From: Ascoidea asiatica JCM 7603
Taxonomy: Eukaryota; Fungi; Ascomycota
Length of the DNA: 64,000 nucleotides
Assembly (NCBI GenBank): GCA_001600695.1
Contig: BCKQ01000003.1
Coordinates: 1,828,392-1,892,391, forward strand
Reading direction: 5' to 3'
Every line of letters starts with the position of its first letter. The first letter of the stretch is position 1. Position numbers and translations under genes: made by a program. The notes below the pieces were generated by a model. The model made no database searches and was not told the origin of the DNA. It saw only the letters and a list, made by a program, of their open reading frames with translations. Below are positions 22,765-34,121 of the stretch, piece by piece.

Positions 22765-25700
22765 TCAAAAACCTCCAAGGAAAGATCTGACTTTTTCTCT
22801 CCTACTACTCTTACGGTTTACATGCATCAAACGTTTACTATGTTTACCCAATTTCGAATTAGTACCATTTAGGTCCAAAATTTCATCTGAGTCAACACTA
22901 TCAACTTTAGAAGAAGTTTGGATTGGATTTATTGGGGGGTTATGAGTAATTGTTGTATTGGAGTACTCTTCCCCTAATTTATCACTTTTCACAGATAGAT
23001 TTCTAGTATAATTAGTTTCCTCGATATTATCGTTATTATAGACATCATTAACTTTCTTATTGTTATAAATATTTATATGATTATCAATAATATCACTGAT
23101 AATATTATTGTCACTATCATCATTATTGTTCATATTATTATTGATATCATTATTGATGTTAGTATTAGTATTATGAATATTCTTATTATGATTAGATTTT
23201 GTTATATCCGAATCACTAAGGTCTATATCAAGATCACTAGTAATAATGCTTTCATCATCTGAAACAATAGCAGATGACTCATCAGGAACGAATTTTATAG
23301 CTCTAATCCTTGAAGAACTTGAATTGTCAGACTTATTCTTATTCAATATATAAGATCTTGTTCTATTATGTGAATGGTGATGACCTGTACTAGCACTTCT
23401 ATTTCCTCCTGCAATTGATCCGGCTCCAAATAATGATTTGGTTTTCAATGCTCTAAGCGATTTACTTCTTTCTGCTAATCTTTTACTTTCTTTTGATTTA
23501 TCGTTTTCCAAATTTCCATATTCATCATAATCATCATAATCATCCGAAAAATTCATAACTTGTTCTGGTTGATTTAAAAGATCAATCAAATTTTTAGAAG
23601 AATTTAATTCTTTATATTTTTGAGATGTAAGTTTTTCTTCTTCACTGGCCTTATTCACTGCATCGATTAAAGAACTTATCGAAACACTAGAACCATCTTC
23701 GCTCTCATTATTAAATGTTTCAATAGCCTTTTTGACATTTGTCTGTAATGCTTCAACATTATCTGAATGTTTATCGGAAACAGGCTTTGAAGTGGAATTC
23801 GAATTCACGGTTCTAGGCAAAATATCAAAATTAGACATTGATTCCTTTTTTTCAGGTTGAATAATTGGATAATTAAAACTCTCTTTTTTATTTGGCTTTA
23901 ATAAATTATCATTTTTTCCTACACTTGTTCTATAATTTTGATCTGAAAAGTCTAATAAATTAGGATCTGCTTTAGTGAAAACTGTTGGCTTTTTATTATT
24001 AACAAATTCTGAATTAATCTGTAATGCTTTTGGAACAGAGGATGTTTTATCGAAATCAATCAAAGAGCCTAAATTTGATGGGTTTGGCTTTTGATAATTA
24101 ATACTAGACAATGTTTCTTTATTATTTTTATTAATATTCATATTATTTATATCGTTTGATAAATCTAATAATAGATCATCTTCATTCTTTTTATTTTCAC
24201 TGTGATTATTTTGAGAATCAAATGCACTCATCTGAGAATCAGTTATTATTGGTCTACCAAAATCAATTAATGTAGTATCTGTTGCACTTTCCGATGAAGT
24301 AGGATAATAGTTTTGTGAAGAGGCGACAGGATCTTGTCTAAATTGTGCCCATGGATTTTTTGCATGACAATTGGAAGAAGAGGTTGGATTTTTAGCCAAA
24401 ATATTTGATTTTATTCCAGGAGCTTTATCCAAAACATTAATAATATCAGATTTGGGTACGTCGTTTGATACATTGAATTTCCCACCAGTATAACTTTGAC
24501 CTTTATTTTGATCATTTGATTGATCAATAAAATTTGAATCTTTATTCGATGTTGCTATCTCAAGTGGTGGAGTATTTTTCATAGTGATTAAATCATCATT
24601 AACTGGAAAAGGGTTTCTATTTTTTCTCCTAGGTTCATTATTAGGCAATTTTGAAACAAATTCGCTATCATCAGTACGTAGATCGGGTATATTGTAAACA
24701 AAATTGGAGTTTGTGGTATTAGTGCTTTTTCCTGTCAAATTAGTTCCAGGTATATGACTAGGACTCGATTTTGCTGTTAAATTCGAAGAAAATTGATCAT
24801 TTTGAGATTGGAATTCTGTTCTAGTAAGAAATTTTTTCATAAATGATTCATAATCAGAGTCATCGTCCTCAGCAGATGTTGAGGGAAAATTGTTTCCCAT
24901 ATTAACTTTTGTCTGTTGATTGTTTGCCAACTCAAAAGGAAATGGATTTGATTCAATGTAAGAATTTGGTCTAGATGGATTTGTAACAACTCTAGAAAGG
25001 GCTGAGTTTGTACTATACACGGAAAGAGAAGACTTATTCTTAAAAGATGGAGGCATCATTAAATTTTCAGATTTTGTGTTTAAATTAGCTTGAGGAGACA
25101 CTAAATTATTAGATAAATATTGTTGAGAAGGTGGAGAAGATAACGTTGCAATATTTTGAAGATTATTTTGATTATAAGAAGAAATGTCAGAATTTTTTGT
25201 TTGTTCATGTTGTTGCTGATTAGAAGGATATTTAGCAGATTTTGAAGATTTTCTAGAAGTTGTTCTTTGTAAAGGATTGATGCTTGAAGAAACAGAAGGT
25301 AAAAAACCAAAAGAATTTTCATAATCTGGATTCAATATTTGATTATTATGGAAAGAAGATTGACTTTTTGGTCTAATAATATTATTACCATTGCTAATTT
25401 TAGAACTGTTGGAATTAGAATTTATATTAGAATTAGGATTAGAATTAGAATTAGGATTAGAATAAGAAGAATCTATACGATGATTATCAAAAATTGGGTC
25501 AGGAGTTTTAGTTTTAGGTAATTGAATATTTGGATCTGGAAAAGATTGAGAAAATTCTTCCAAAGAAGGATATTTAAATTCAGTATCATCATTCAATAAA
25601 TCAAAATCTGTAAGAGCATCTAAATTATTATTATTATTGTTATTATTATTATTATTTAATAAATCATCAGGAGTTTGTTGATTTTGATTTTGATTTAAAT

Positions 25701-27135
25701 CATCAAAATTATATTGATCTTGATCATAATTAGATGGAATTGAAGGAACTTTTGCTTTAGTTGGAGTTTGATATTGAAATTGAGAACTTAAAGAAGTTGA
25801 GGATTTTGAAGATTTAGAAGAAATTTCAGTTTTTCTACTTGTAGTACTATGCCTATCAGATAAATTTGGATCAGTATAATTATTTACAGATGAATATTGA
25901 TGTTGATTTTGGATAGGATTTATATTAGAATAAGTTTGAGAATAATCATTATAATTCAAAGGAACTTGTTGAGGAATTTGATGAGGCATTTGTTGTGGAA
26001 TCTGTGGAGGCATTTGTTGAGGCAATTGTTGAAATTGTAAAGCTTGTTGCTGTTGCTGCTGCAATTGCTGTTGTTGTGACATATATGCAAGTTGTTGAAA
26101 CTGTTGCTGTTGCTGTTGATGTTGATAATACTGTTGTTGCTGTTGTTGTTGCTGCTGCTGTTGTTGCTGTTGTTGATTTTGAAGATCGAAATTATAAGGA
26201 CCTAATTGATATTTATCCTTTATTGGAATTGGACAATTTAAAATTGAACAAACTTCATGGACTACCTGAAATATATTTGGTCTTAAATTTGGATCAACTT
26301 TTAACATTATTGATATTAATCTTTTTATACGAGAAGAATAAATTGGTCTTGATGGAAAATTATAATGAGATTGTAAAATAGCCATATCACCTTGAGATTG
26401 ATTTTCAAAAGGAGTTATATAATAACATAATTTATAAAGAAATATACCTAAAGCCCAAATATCTGATTTTTCATTAATTGGAAAATTTGAATATAAATTT
26501 ATCATTTCTGGACTTCTATATTGTGGAGTTGTCTGATGTAAAATATCATTTTTAATAAAATTAAATTCAATATCATTTTTTGGAGGATTTAAAATTTTTG
26601 AAGAAGAACCAAAATCAGCTAATTTAAATATATTATTTTTATTAATTAAAACATTTTCAATTTTTATATCTCTATGAATTATTGGAGGAGATAAATAATG
26701 CATATTTGATAAAGCTAAAGAAATATCATACATTATATTTAAAATTTCTAATTGATTTAATTTTGATTTTAATTTTAAATTCATATAATCTAATAAAGAA
26801 TTTTTTGAACAAAATTCCATTAAAACTAAAACTTGATAATTATTTGAATTATTATTTAATTTTGAAGCATGAGAATCAATATATTGAACAATATTTTTTG
26901 AGTTAATTAATTTTTTCATAATATTAACTTCATTTCTTAATTGATCTAAACCTTTTTTATCTTTAACAATAACTCTTTTAAGACAAGCAATATTTGAATT
27001 ATTTTCAATTGGTTTAATTTTAACTCTATAAATATGAGCATAACCACCTTCAGATATATATTTATCAATTAAAACTTTATGTTTACCAACATCTAATTTA
27101 GTACCTGGAGGTAGTTTTGCTAATTGATTATTCAT
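22765..27135 (-). CDS. AKL1: Ark1/Prk1-family (NAK) Ser/Thr kinase with polyQ and a long disordered tail
   Basis: SEGGYAHIY, CLKRV, HRDIKIEN, DFGS, TTPQYRSPEM, DIWALG; the tail carries NPF/NPW motifs. The long tail favours an Akl1-like call. Confidence 0.85.
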   Translation of the reverse strand: MNNQLAKLPPGTKLDVGKHKVLIDKYISEGGYAHIYRVKIKPIENNSNIACLKRVIVKDKKGLDQLRNEVNIMKKLINSKNIVQYIDSHASKLNNNSNNYQVLVLMEFCSKNSLLDYMNLKLKSKLNQLEILNIMYDISLALSNMHYLSPPIIHRDIKIENVLINKNNIFKLADFGSSSKILNPPKNDIEFNFIKNDILHQTTPQYRSPEMINLYSNFPINEKSDIWALGIFLYKLCYYITPFENQSQGDMAILQSHYNFPSRPIYSSRIKRLISIMLKVDPNLRPNIFQVVHEVCSILNCPIPIKDKYQLGPYNFDLQNQQQQQQQQQQQQQQQYYQHQQQQQQFQQLAYMSQQQQLQQQQQQALQFQQLPQQMPPQIPQQMPHQIPQQVPLNYNDYSQTYSNINPIQNQHQYSSVNNYTDPNLSDRHSTTSRKTEISSKSSKSSTSLSSQFQYQTPTKAKVPSIPSNYDQDQYNFDDLNQNQNQQTPDDLLNNNNNNNNNNNLDALTDFDLLNDDTEFKYPSLEEFSQSFPDPNIQLPKTKTPDPIFDNHRIDSSYSNPNSNSNPNSNINSNSNSSKISNGNNIIRPKSQSSFHNNQILNPDYENSFGFLPSVSSSINPLQRTTSRKSSKSAKYPSNQQQHEQTKNSDISSYNQNNLQNIATLSSPPSQQYLSNNLVSPQANLNTKSENLMMPPSFKNKSSLSVYSTNSALSRVVTNPSRPNSYIESNPFPFELANNQQTKVNMGNNFPSTSAEDDDSDYESFMKKFLTRTEFQSQNDQFSSNLTAKSSPSHIPGTNLTGKSTNTTNSNFVYNIPDLRTDDSEFVSKLPNNEPRRKNRNPFPVNDDLITMKNTPPLEIATSNKDSNFIDQSNDQNKGQSYTGGKFNVSNDVPKSDIINVLDKAPGIKSNILAKNPTSSSNCHAKNPWAQFRQDPVASSQNYYPTSSESATDTTLIDFGRPIITDSQMSAFDSQNNHSENKKNEDDLLLDLSNDINNMNINKNNKETLSSINYQKPNPSNLGSLIDFDKTSSVPKALQINSEFVNNKKPTVFTKADPNLLDFSDQNYRTSVGKNDNLLKPNKKESFNYPIIQPEKKESMSNFDILPRTVNSNSTSKPVSDKHSDNVEALQTNVKKAIETFNNESEDGSSVSISSLIDAVNKASEEEKLTSQKYKELNSSKNLIDLLNQPEQVMNFSDDYDDYDEYGNLENDKSKESKRLAERSKSLRALKTKSLFGAGSIAGGNRSASTGHHHSHNRTRSYILNKNKSDNSSSSRIRAIKFVPDESSAIVSDDESIITSDLDIDLSDSDITKSNHNKNIHNTNTNINNDINNNMNNNDDSDNNIISDIIDNHINIYNNKKVNDVYNNDNIEETNYTRNLSVKSDKLGEEYSNTTITHNPPINPIQTSSKVDSVDSDEILDLNGTNSKLGKHSKRLMHVNRKSSRREKVRSFLGGF
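26045..26176 (-). repeat. CAA/CAG polyglutamine tracts in the AKL1-like gene
   Basis: TGC/TGT trinucleotide runs on the + strand. Confidence 0.9.
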
Positions 27136-28347
27136 TATTATTATTGTTATTGTTATTGTTTTTAGTAATTATTGATTAATTATTAATGATTATTATATAA
27201 TTCTTTTATATGAATATAATACAATTGACTATAAAAATTGATATGAAATCATAAATATTATGAAAAAGAATAAAACAAGAAAAAAAATAAAATATATATA
27301 AAAATTGAGATGGAATAGAAAGAAAAAGAAGATTAAATTTTGATTTTGATTTTAATATGGATGATTAAATTGATGATTATAAATATTTGAGTTTTTAGAT
27401 TGAAGAATTGATATAATTTATATGAGTAATTATATAATTTTCCTATTGAATATTGAAGAAGTCAATAAAGTAAAAAATATAGTAAATATAATTTTGTTGA
27501 ATATCTAAAAATCAAGTCAATTGATCAAGAAGGGTTAAAAAAAAAAGAAAAAAAGAAAAAATAGATTATCTTTGATAAGTATGTATATTTGAATGTATAA
27601 TTAATATTTGAAATTTTAATAATGTGTGAGTATTTCAAAGAGAAACTTTTCTTTATTTTGAAGGAGTTATTAATTTTTTTGATATATAAAAATAAATATC
27701 TAAGGAGTTGAAATGAATTGAAAAATAAATATGGATTTCTAATTGGAAGATGGCAATTGAAGATAATAATTGAAGTTAAAACTCTTGTATTACTTCTTCT
27801 TCTTCTTCTTCTTCTTTTTCTTGATTACTTCTTATTAAGTACTTCTCAATGATTATCCAATTGATATTTGGTATTTGGTATTTGATTTGTTGTTTGAGAT
27901 TACTGGATAGATTTGATACACTTGATATATTCACACAATCTTCAAGGTTAATTCTGTAACGTTAACGACAGAGGCAGATATACTAAAGCAAAGCACAGTA
28001 CAGTGCCACGTGACCGTTCTCTGCTCTGCTCTCTTCTTTCTTTGTGCTCCACGTTGCCACGCCTCTCCTTCCGAGGCGCTGCTTCCGAGGCTGGAAAGTC
28101 GCTTCACAACAATTGCCACTTTCCTTTCTTCTTTCTTTCTTTCTTTCCGGCTCCGTGCAGTCCGCCCCAGAGAGAACACCCGCTGTTCTGGTCTCTTTTA
28201 TCTTATTTTTCTCTGTAATGGATAGGTCTATCTAGATGATATTTAAGATTGTAAAAGTATTTATTGAAGCTATATATTTCGAATTGCTTAATTCTTAGAA
28301 TTAACATTAATTCTAATAATTAAGGGATTACTGATTTATATAAATGG

Positions 28348-28540
28348 GATAAATCCTACGAATTGATTGGTAATGACACCTAATGAGGATTGACCAATTA
28401 GTGTTCATTACATTCTCCAGTTTCTCGGCGAGCAGAAAAAACCACCAAATCTGGACTGGAATCTCGATTTAGACCTTGATTTCCCCTTATCTATTGTTGC
28501 GTTACTTATACAGCTTGATCAATTGGTTGAGTTTATTATC
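28348..28540. promoter_or_regulatory. GATA (nitrogen catabolite repression-type) elements upstream of DAL3
   Basis: GATAAA at 28348, CTTATC at 28486, TTATC at 28536. DAL genes are GATA-factor regulated in yeasts, but these motifs are common in AT-rich DNA. Confidence 0.4.
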
Positions 28541-28691
28541 ACTATCGTTAACTTTAGTTATTCTAAAGCAAAAAAGCTGATCTGATTTTCAATATAGAAT
28601 TATATAAATTGATATTGATTTCATCTAATTGTTTAATCAAGTCTCCAATTGTATTAATTGAAATCCATTATAATATAATTCATTATTGAAA

Positions 28692-29372
28692 ATGGTTTTG
28701 AAAACTATTGAGATTGATTCATCTTTTCCAATATTACAAGCAGAACCTGTAACTATAGAGAATTTTAAACCCTTTGGTACAATAGTTTCTCCTGATCATG
28801 AAATTGAAAAAGTTGATAAAAATAATCAAAACTCTGCAAATTATGGTACTGCAATAAAATTCAAAAATGTTTCAAATATTCATAATGGTTTTGATGAACT
28901 AAAAGATAATAATTCTAAGGAAAATAAAGAAAATTTAAATTGTAATATATTTAGATGTTTTCCTCCAAATCATTTATTATCTTATAATAATTCTTCAAAA
29001 AATTTCACTTATAATTTATCTGTATTAGAAAGACATCCATACTCTTCTCAATCTTTTATACCAATGGGTAGATCTTCTTTTAAAAAAGCATATATTGTAA
29101 TTGTTGCTTTAAATGATTTTTCAACTTCATTAAATTTACCAGATTTAAATTCAATAAAAATTTTCTATTTTAATGGTAATCAAGCTGTAACTTATAATCA
29201 ATCAACTTGGCATTCTCCAATGATTGCAATTTCAAATAATAATAATATAAATTTAAATCAATTAGATCCAATTGATTTTTCAGTCTTAATTTATGAAAAT
29301 GGTATACCAGATAATGATTGTCAAGAAATTTATATAAATCCTCCAATAAAAGTAAATTTCAATGGTAATTAA
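28692..29372 (+). CDS. DAL3: Ureidoglycolate lyase
   Basis: FKPFG, SANYGTAIK, NIFRC, LERHPYSSQSFIPMG, QAVTY...WHSPM. First ATG is at 28692 (the track starts at an upstream TTG). Confidence 0.92.
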   Translation: MVLKTIEIDSSFPILQAEPVTIENFKPFGTIVSPDHEIEKVDKNNQNSANYGTAIKFKNVSNIHNGFDELKDNNSKENKENLNCNIFRCFPPNHLLSYNNSSKNFTYNLSVLERHPYSSQSFIPMGRSSFKKAYIVIVALNDFSTSLNLPDLNSIKIFYFNGNQAVTYNQSTWHSPMIAISNNNNINLNQLDPIDFSVLIYENGIPDNDCQEIYINPPIKVNFNGN

Positions 29373-29695
29373 TAAAATTTATCAACATAATAATTTAAAA
29401 AATAAGAAAATATACATTATATAAATATACATAAAACTACTAAACGTATATAAACTGCATACATATACGGTATATATATAAAAAGATATATAAAATAAAT
29501 ATAAATAAATAAAACAAAATAACAATAAACACAAATTTCAAGAACAATAAATCTAACAAGAATAATTCTAAATACTGACAAAACAAAAACAAAATTTTTA
29601 ATAAACTATTCAATATCTAGAATCTTAAATATATTTAACATTTAATAATATATTAATAAATATCAAATGCCTAAATCACATTTCTTTTTTCTTCT

Positions 29696-30916
29696 CTAAG
29701 AAAATAATGATTTAAACCATGATGAAAATCCACCATTATTTTCATCTTCATTATCAGAAGATGATGCGGATGCAGATGATTCACTTGATGATAATGAATC
29801 CGAAGATGAATCTAATGAAGTTCCATTAACAATTCCACTAAAATCACTTGCAGTGTAATTATCAAATCCAGTAAAATTATCATATCCTAATCCACTATTA
29901 TCTATACCACTATCACTACCATTACCATAATTAAAACCTGCTACATAATTTGTATCATTTGAATATGATAAAATTGATGTAACTATTGTAGAATTACTAA
30001 ATACAAATCCACTTGATGATGCTGATGCTGAAGAAACTGGTGCTGATGAAATTAATTCTGATAATATATCTAAAGTTTTGGTACTAGATCCTGTAGATGA
30101 TAAATTAGCTATATCTAAAACATCTGAAGTTTCAGTAGAAGGAACTGAGGCAGCAGAAGATGAAGCTGAAGATGAAGCATAAGCTGATGAAATATCATGA
30201 TTGTAAATAAATACATCTGATTCACTATTACTATATGTTGAATCTGTTTCAATTGAACCTGTTGATGTTGAAGAAGGTGCTGCTGTAACTGAAATTGTTG
30301 AAGTGACCGCAGATGAAGCAGCTTCTGTTTCAACAGCATCAGCTTCACTTAAATCACCAGAAACTGTTGAAACAAGAGTTACTGAACGACCATTAGTTTT
30401 TGTAATATGTTTAACAATAGTTTCAAAAAATGTAACATCTCTACCTTGATTATTTTCAGTTTTTCTTGCAGTAATAAAAGTTTCTCTAGTACGATGATTA
30501 TTTTTTGGACGAGTACGAGTAATTGTAACTCTTTTTGTAATTTTTTTATTTCCTGAAGTTGAAGTTGTTTTTTCAATAACTGTTTCTAAACTACTTGTAG
30601 CAGATGATCCAATATCAGTTGTTAATGAACTTTCTAAATCACTTGATAAATCAGTTGCAACTGCAGCTTCAATTGTTGTTGATTCTGAATCTGAAGTTTG
30701 AACACATTGTGAATAATAATCATTAACTGATGAGCAATAAGCACCTGTTGGACAACATGATGCTCCATTCCAATTTGATCCACCACATTGATAATATAAT
30801 GCAGCACATGATGATGCAGATGCTGAAGCTGATGAAGTTAATGAAAGGAGAGTAGTTGAAGTATTGAAAAATGAACTAGCTCCTGCTGAAGCAATAGAAA
30901 TATTGGCAAATGGCAT
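29696..30916 (-). CDS. CBM1 (fungal cellulose-binding module) Ser/Thr-rich protein with no catalytic domain
   Basis: CAALYYQCGGSNWNGASCCPTGAYCSSVNDYYSQC matches the CBM1 pattern; the remainder is S/T/A-rich with several N-x-S/T sequons. Confidence 0.88.
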   Translation of the reverse strand: MPFANISIASAGASSFFNTSTTLLSLTSSASASASSCAALYYQCGGSNWNGASCCPTGAYCSSVNDYYSQCVQTSDSESTTIEAAVATDLSSDLESSLTTDIGSSATSSLETVIEKTTSTSGNKKITKRVTITRTRPKNNHRTRETFITARKTENNQGRDVTFFETIVKHITKTNGRSVTLVSTVSGDLSEADAVETEAASSAVTSTISVTAAPSSTSTGSIETDSTYSNSESDVFIYNHDISSAYASSSASSSAASVPSTETSDVLDIANLSSTGSSTKTLDILSELISSAPVSSASASSSGFVFSNSTIVTSILSYSNDTNYVAGFNYGNGSDSGIDNSGLGYDNFTGFDNYTASDFSGIVNGTSLDSSSDSLSSSESSASASSSDNEDENNGGFSSWFKSLFS

Positions 30917-32248
30917 TTTTAAAGAAAATAAACTATAAATTAATAATATATTTTATCTAATTTGTTATTATATTAATAAATATTGAAATTTATATTGGTT
31001 TTTTTTTTGATTTTAAAGAGTGAATAAAGTTAGATTGTTTTTAAAATTAATAAAATATAAATATTTTTTTCTTTTTTGAAATTTTCAAATAAAATTCTCA
31101 AATTGAAATAAAAGTTAAGAAATAAATCTTTAGTTTTGTTGGTTAAAGGAGTGACTAGTTAAAAAAAAAGCAATAAAGGTTTTTTTTTATTGAATAAATT
31201 ATGAAAAATAATTTAGCTTAAGTTAAATATAATTATTGTTAATAAATTAAAATAAACAAAAGAAGTTAAAAAAAAAAGAGATTATTAACAGAAAGAAAAG
31301 AAGTAGATAAATTCATTCGTTTTATATGATACTTGAACCATGAAAAGTAGGAAAAAAAAAGAAAAAAAAGAGTAATATTTGGAATACAATAGAAAAATCT
31401 TTGACTTATTTCATTATTAATTATTATTTCATTATTTTTTTTCTTTATTGTTTGAGTCAAAAAGTCAGGATTGAGAGAAGTAATCAAAATATTAGTACAA
31501 TTAGTATTGAAATTAACATCTTTGTTATCATATGGAATTAAAAGCAGGCTTCTTGTTATTTCTGGATTATCACTCAGGCTTATTAATCTCTTTTTTTCAA
31601 ATAAGCTTTAATTTGAAGTTTTTGCAACTACAAATATTAAAACCAATTAAAAATATTATGTATAAAAAAGTTAAGAGTGAATGCTTCAGGTTATCATTTG
31701 AAAAGTTGAAACAAAATAAGTTTTCGAGCGTAACTAACTCATTGATTGTGGTTTTGAAGATTTTTGTTGCTGATGATACTTCAAAACTCGTTGGAATTAA
31801 TTCAATTCTTCAATTTCAAACCAGAATGATTGTTTTCACTTCCTTGTTTTAAGGGTTCAAAACAAATGCTGATCGCGACTACGAATTTAAAATTATCATC
31901 CGAATTTCTGAGAAGCGAGAATCAAATTCCGGTGCACACGCAGTCAGGTGACACGGCGCTGAAACATGCGTAGGTGCATATCTTGGTACAACCACTCGTG
32001 TGGGTCATTACACAAAGAAAAGAAAAGAAAAGGCCTGGTGCTTGTGAGATACTTTTTATCAAACGGTAAGTCAACTCTCTCAACGGTAAATGGCATAGCT
32101 TCTCCAGCTGCGATTGCAGTAATTTCTTCTTCTTCTTCTGTTACTGCAACTGCAATATCTGCCACTACTCTCCCTAAAATGAATATTGGAAATTCAGATC
32201 GAAAAGTTGAGTATATAGCTTGGGATACAAATATTAGACTACAGTTCA

Positions 32249-33316
32249 ATGATTAAGAGCACTTTCAATAGATTCATATCAACAAAAATTAAAGAGATTA
32301 TAAAAGAAGAGAAAAATCATCATGATCATCATAATCAACATAATATAGTTAAAGAATTATCAGTTCATCAAAATGTATTTAAGGAGAGTATGTCTCGAGT
32401 ATCTCAACAAGCAATGATTTTAACATCATCATTTGATAATAAACAAATTCTTGATAAAAGTTTAGATAATTTTCATGGTTTAACATTATCATCAGTTGTT
32501 TCATTATCAATTAAACCAAAGACTTTAATTCAATTTAATTTAAATGTACCATCTTTTACAAGTGAAAATTTACATAAAAATAAATGGTTTGCAATTCATT
32601 TATTACCACCAAATTTAAATTCAGTTAATTTAGCAAATATTTTTAGTAAAGGTTCAAAATATTTCAATAAAAAAGAAAATAAATTTATACCAACAAGACC
32701 ATTTTCATTTTTAAAGAATAATGAATATTCATTTTTTCTTGATTATATTACTGAAAATGATATAAATAATAATAATAGTGGTAGTGCTAATGATTTTTAT
32801 TCAAATATGAATGATATTATTAAAAATAGTGTAAATAATACAAATAATTCAATTTATAAAACAATTGATTCAATAATTCCAGAAAATTCAATAAATCAAT
32901 CCTTTAATAATATCATAACAAATACAAATAATTCATTACATTTAAATATTAAAAATAAATTCATTTCAAATTCTTTAATTAAAGATTATAAAGTTAATTT
33001 AAAAGAAAATAAATTATTTAAAAGTTTAAATAAAGATAATTTTTCAATATCTTCAATTATAAAACAAAAAAATTTAAATATTCCAATTTTAAATAATTCT
33101 GAAAGAATTTTTATTTGTTATAAAAAAGATTGTTTTAAAATTTATGATCATGAAATTTGGATTGCAGAAATTAGAGATATTCTAATCAATAAAAATTTTG
33201 AAATAAATCAAATAAATAATCAAAATTATGATAATAAAGATAATAAAGATAATAAAACTGGAGGATTATTGTTCTTCAATAGAGGTTTTTATAAAATTGG
33301 TAATAAAATTGAGTAA
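32249..33316 (+). CDS. Flavin-reductase-like (split-barrel FMN-binding) protein, probably mitochondrial
   Basis: FKESMSRV..AMILT, HGLTLSSVVSLSIKP, FAIHLL, DHEIWIAEI, LLFFNRGF; N-terminus MIKSTFNRFIST is presequence-like. Confidence 0.78.
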   Translation: MIKSTFNRFISTKIKEIIKEEKNHHDHHNQHNIVKELSVHQNVFKESMSRVSQQAMILTSSFDNKQILDKSLDNFHGLTLSSVVSLSIKPKTLIQFNLNVPSFTSENLHKNKWFAIHLLPPNLNSVNLANIFSKGSKYFNKKENKFIPTRPFSFLKNNEYSFFLDYITENDINNNNSGSANDFYSNMNDIIKNSVNNTNNSIYKTIDSIIPENSINQSFNNIITNTNNSLHLNIKNKFISNSLIKDYKVNLKENKLFKSLNKDNFSISSIIKQKNLNIPILNNSERIFICYKKDCFKIYDHEIWIAEIRDILINKNFEINQINNQNYDNKDNKDNKTGGLLFFNRGFYKIGNKIE

Positions 33317-34121
33317 GCTCATTAGTAAGGTATTACATAATCATGAATTTCCCGAAAATATCAGCAGCGGGAAACGGGAAACTTCCATCAAGGAAGGGAT
33401 CGGGTCAAATGCAGATTCTGCGGGTCGGCGTGTGACCGAGGTTGACGTGGACGTGACATCATCGTGCCCCGGGGCCCATCAGTGGAAGCAGGAAATATAT
33501 CAGTGCTTAAACAGCGTGGTTTTGACTGATTGTACTTGATTGTATTTTATTAACTCTATGAAATAATATGAAATAATATGAAATAATATAAAATAATATG
33601 ATTTATTAGCAAAAGAAGCTTTCATCACCAGAACAAAGAAAAAAGGTTCAACAAAAAGTATCGAAACACAGAATTGCTGAATGGAAAATATTAAATTAAG
33701 TTACTTACACTAAAAGTTGTTGAAATATTATAACTGATTGGATAGAAAATGATGGAAGTTTCAATGGTATATAAATGAAATTAATTTCTTCTTCTTTTTT
33801 TGGTTTTAGTTCTTGATCCAAATAGCTAGATATATTCAAATATATTCAGCTCAATCATATTCAGTTATATTCAGTCAAAGTCACTATAATCACTTAAATC
33901 ACCAACTTGAATGAATAAATCAATAATCAAGTGAAATCAATTATCATATCAATTTCATCAAAATACTTTTATCATTTTTATTGAATAGAAAAGGTAAACT
34001 ATTTCAAAGTAGTTTAAATAAACCTTTATATATTCAATCAATCTATTACTCAACTTTATCAAATTTAGATTATAATTATAATACTAGTTTCAATCATAAT
34101 CATAAATATAAAATAATAGAA

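Noticed and set aside
31944-32256. Overlapping 96-aa (+) and 101-aa (-) ORFs upstream of the flavin reductase-like gene
   Set aside because: They lie in a GC island where stops are rarer and have no recognisable motifs; an overlapping uORF role cannot be excluded.
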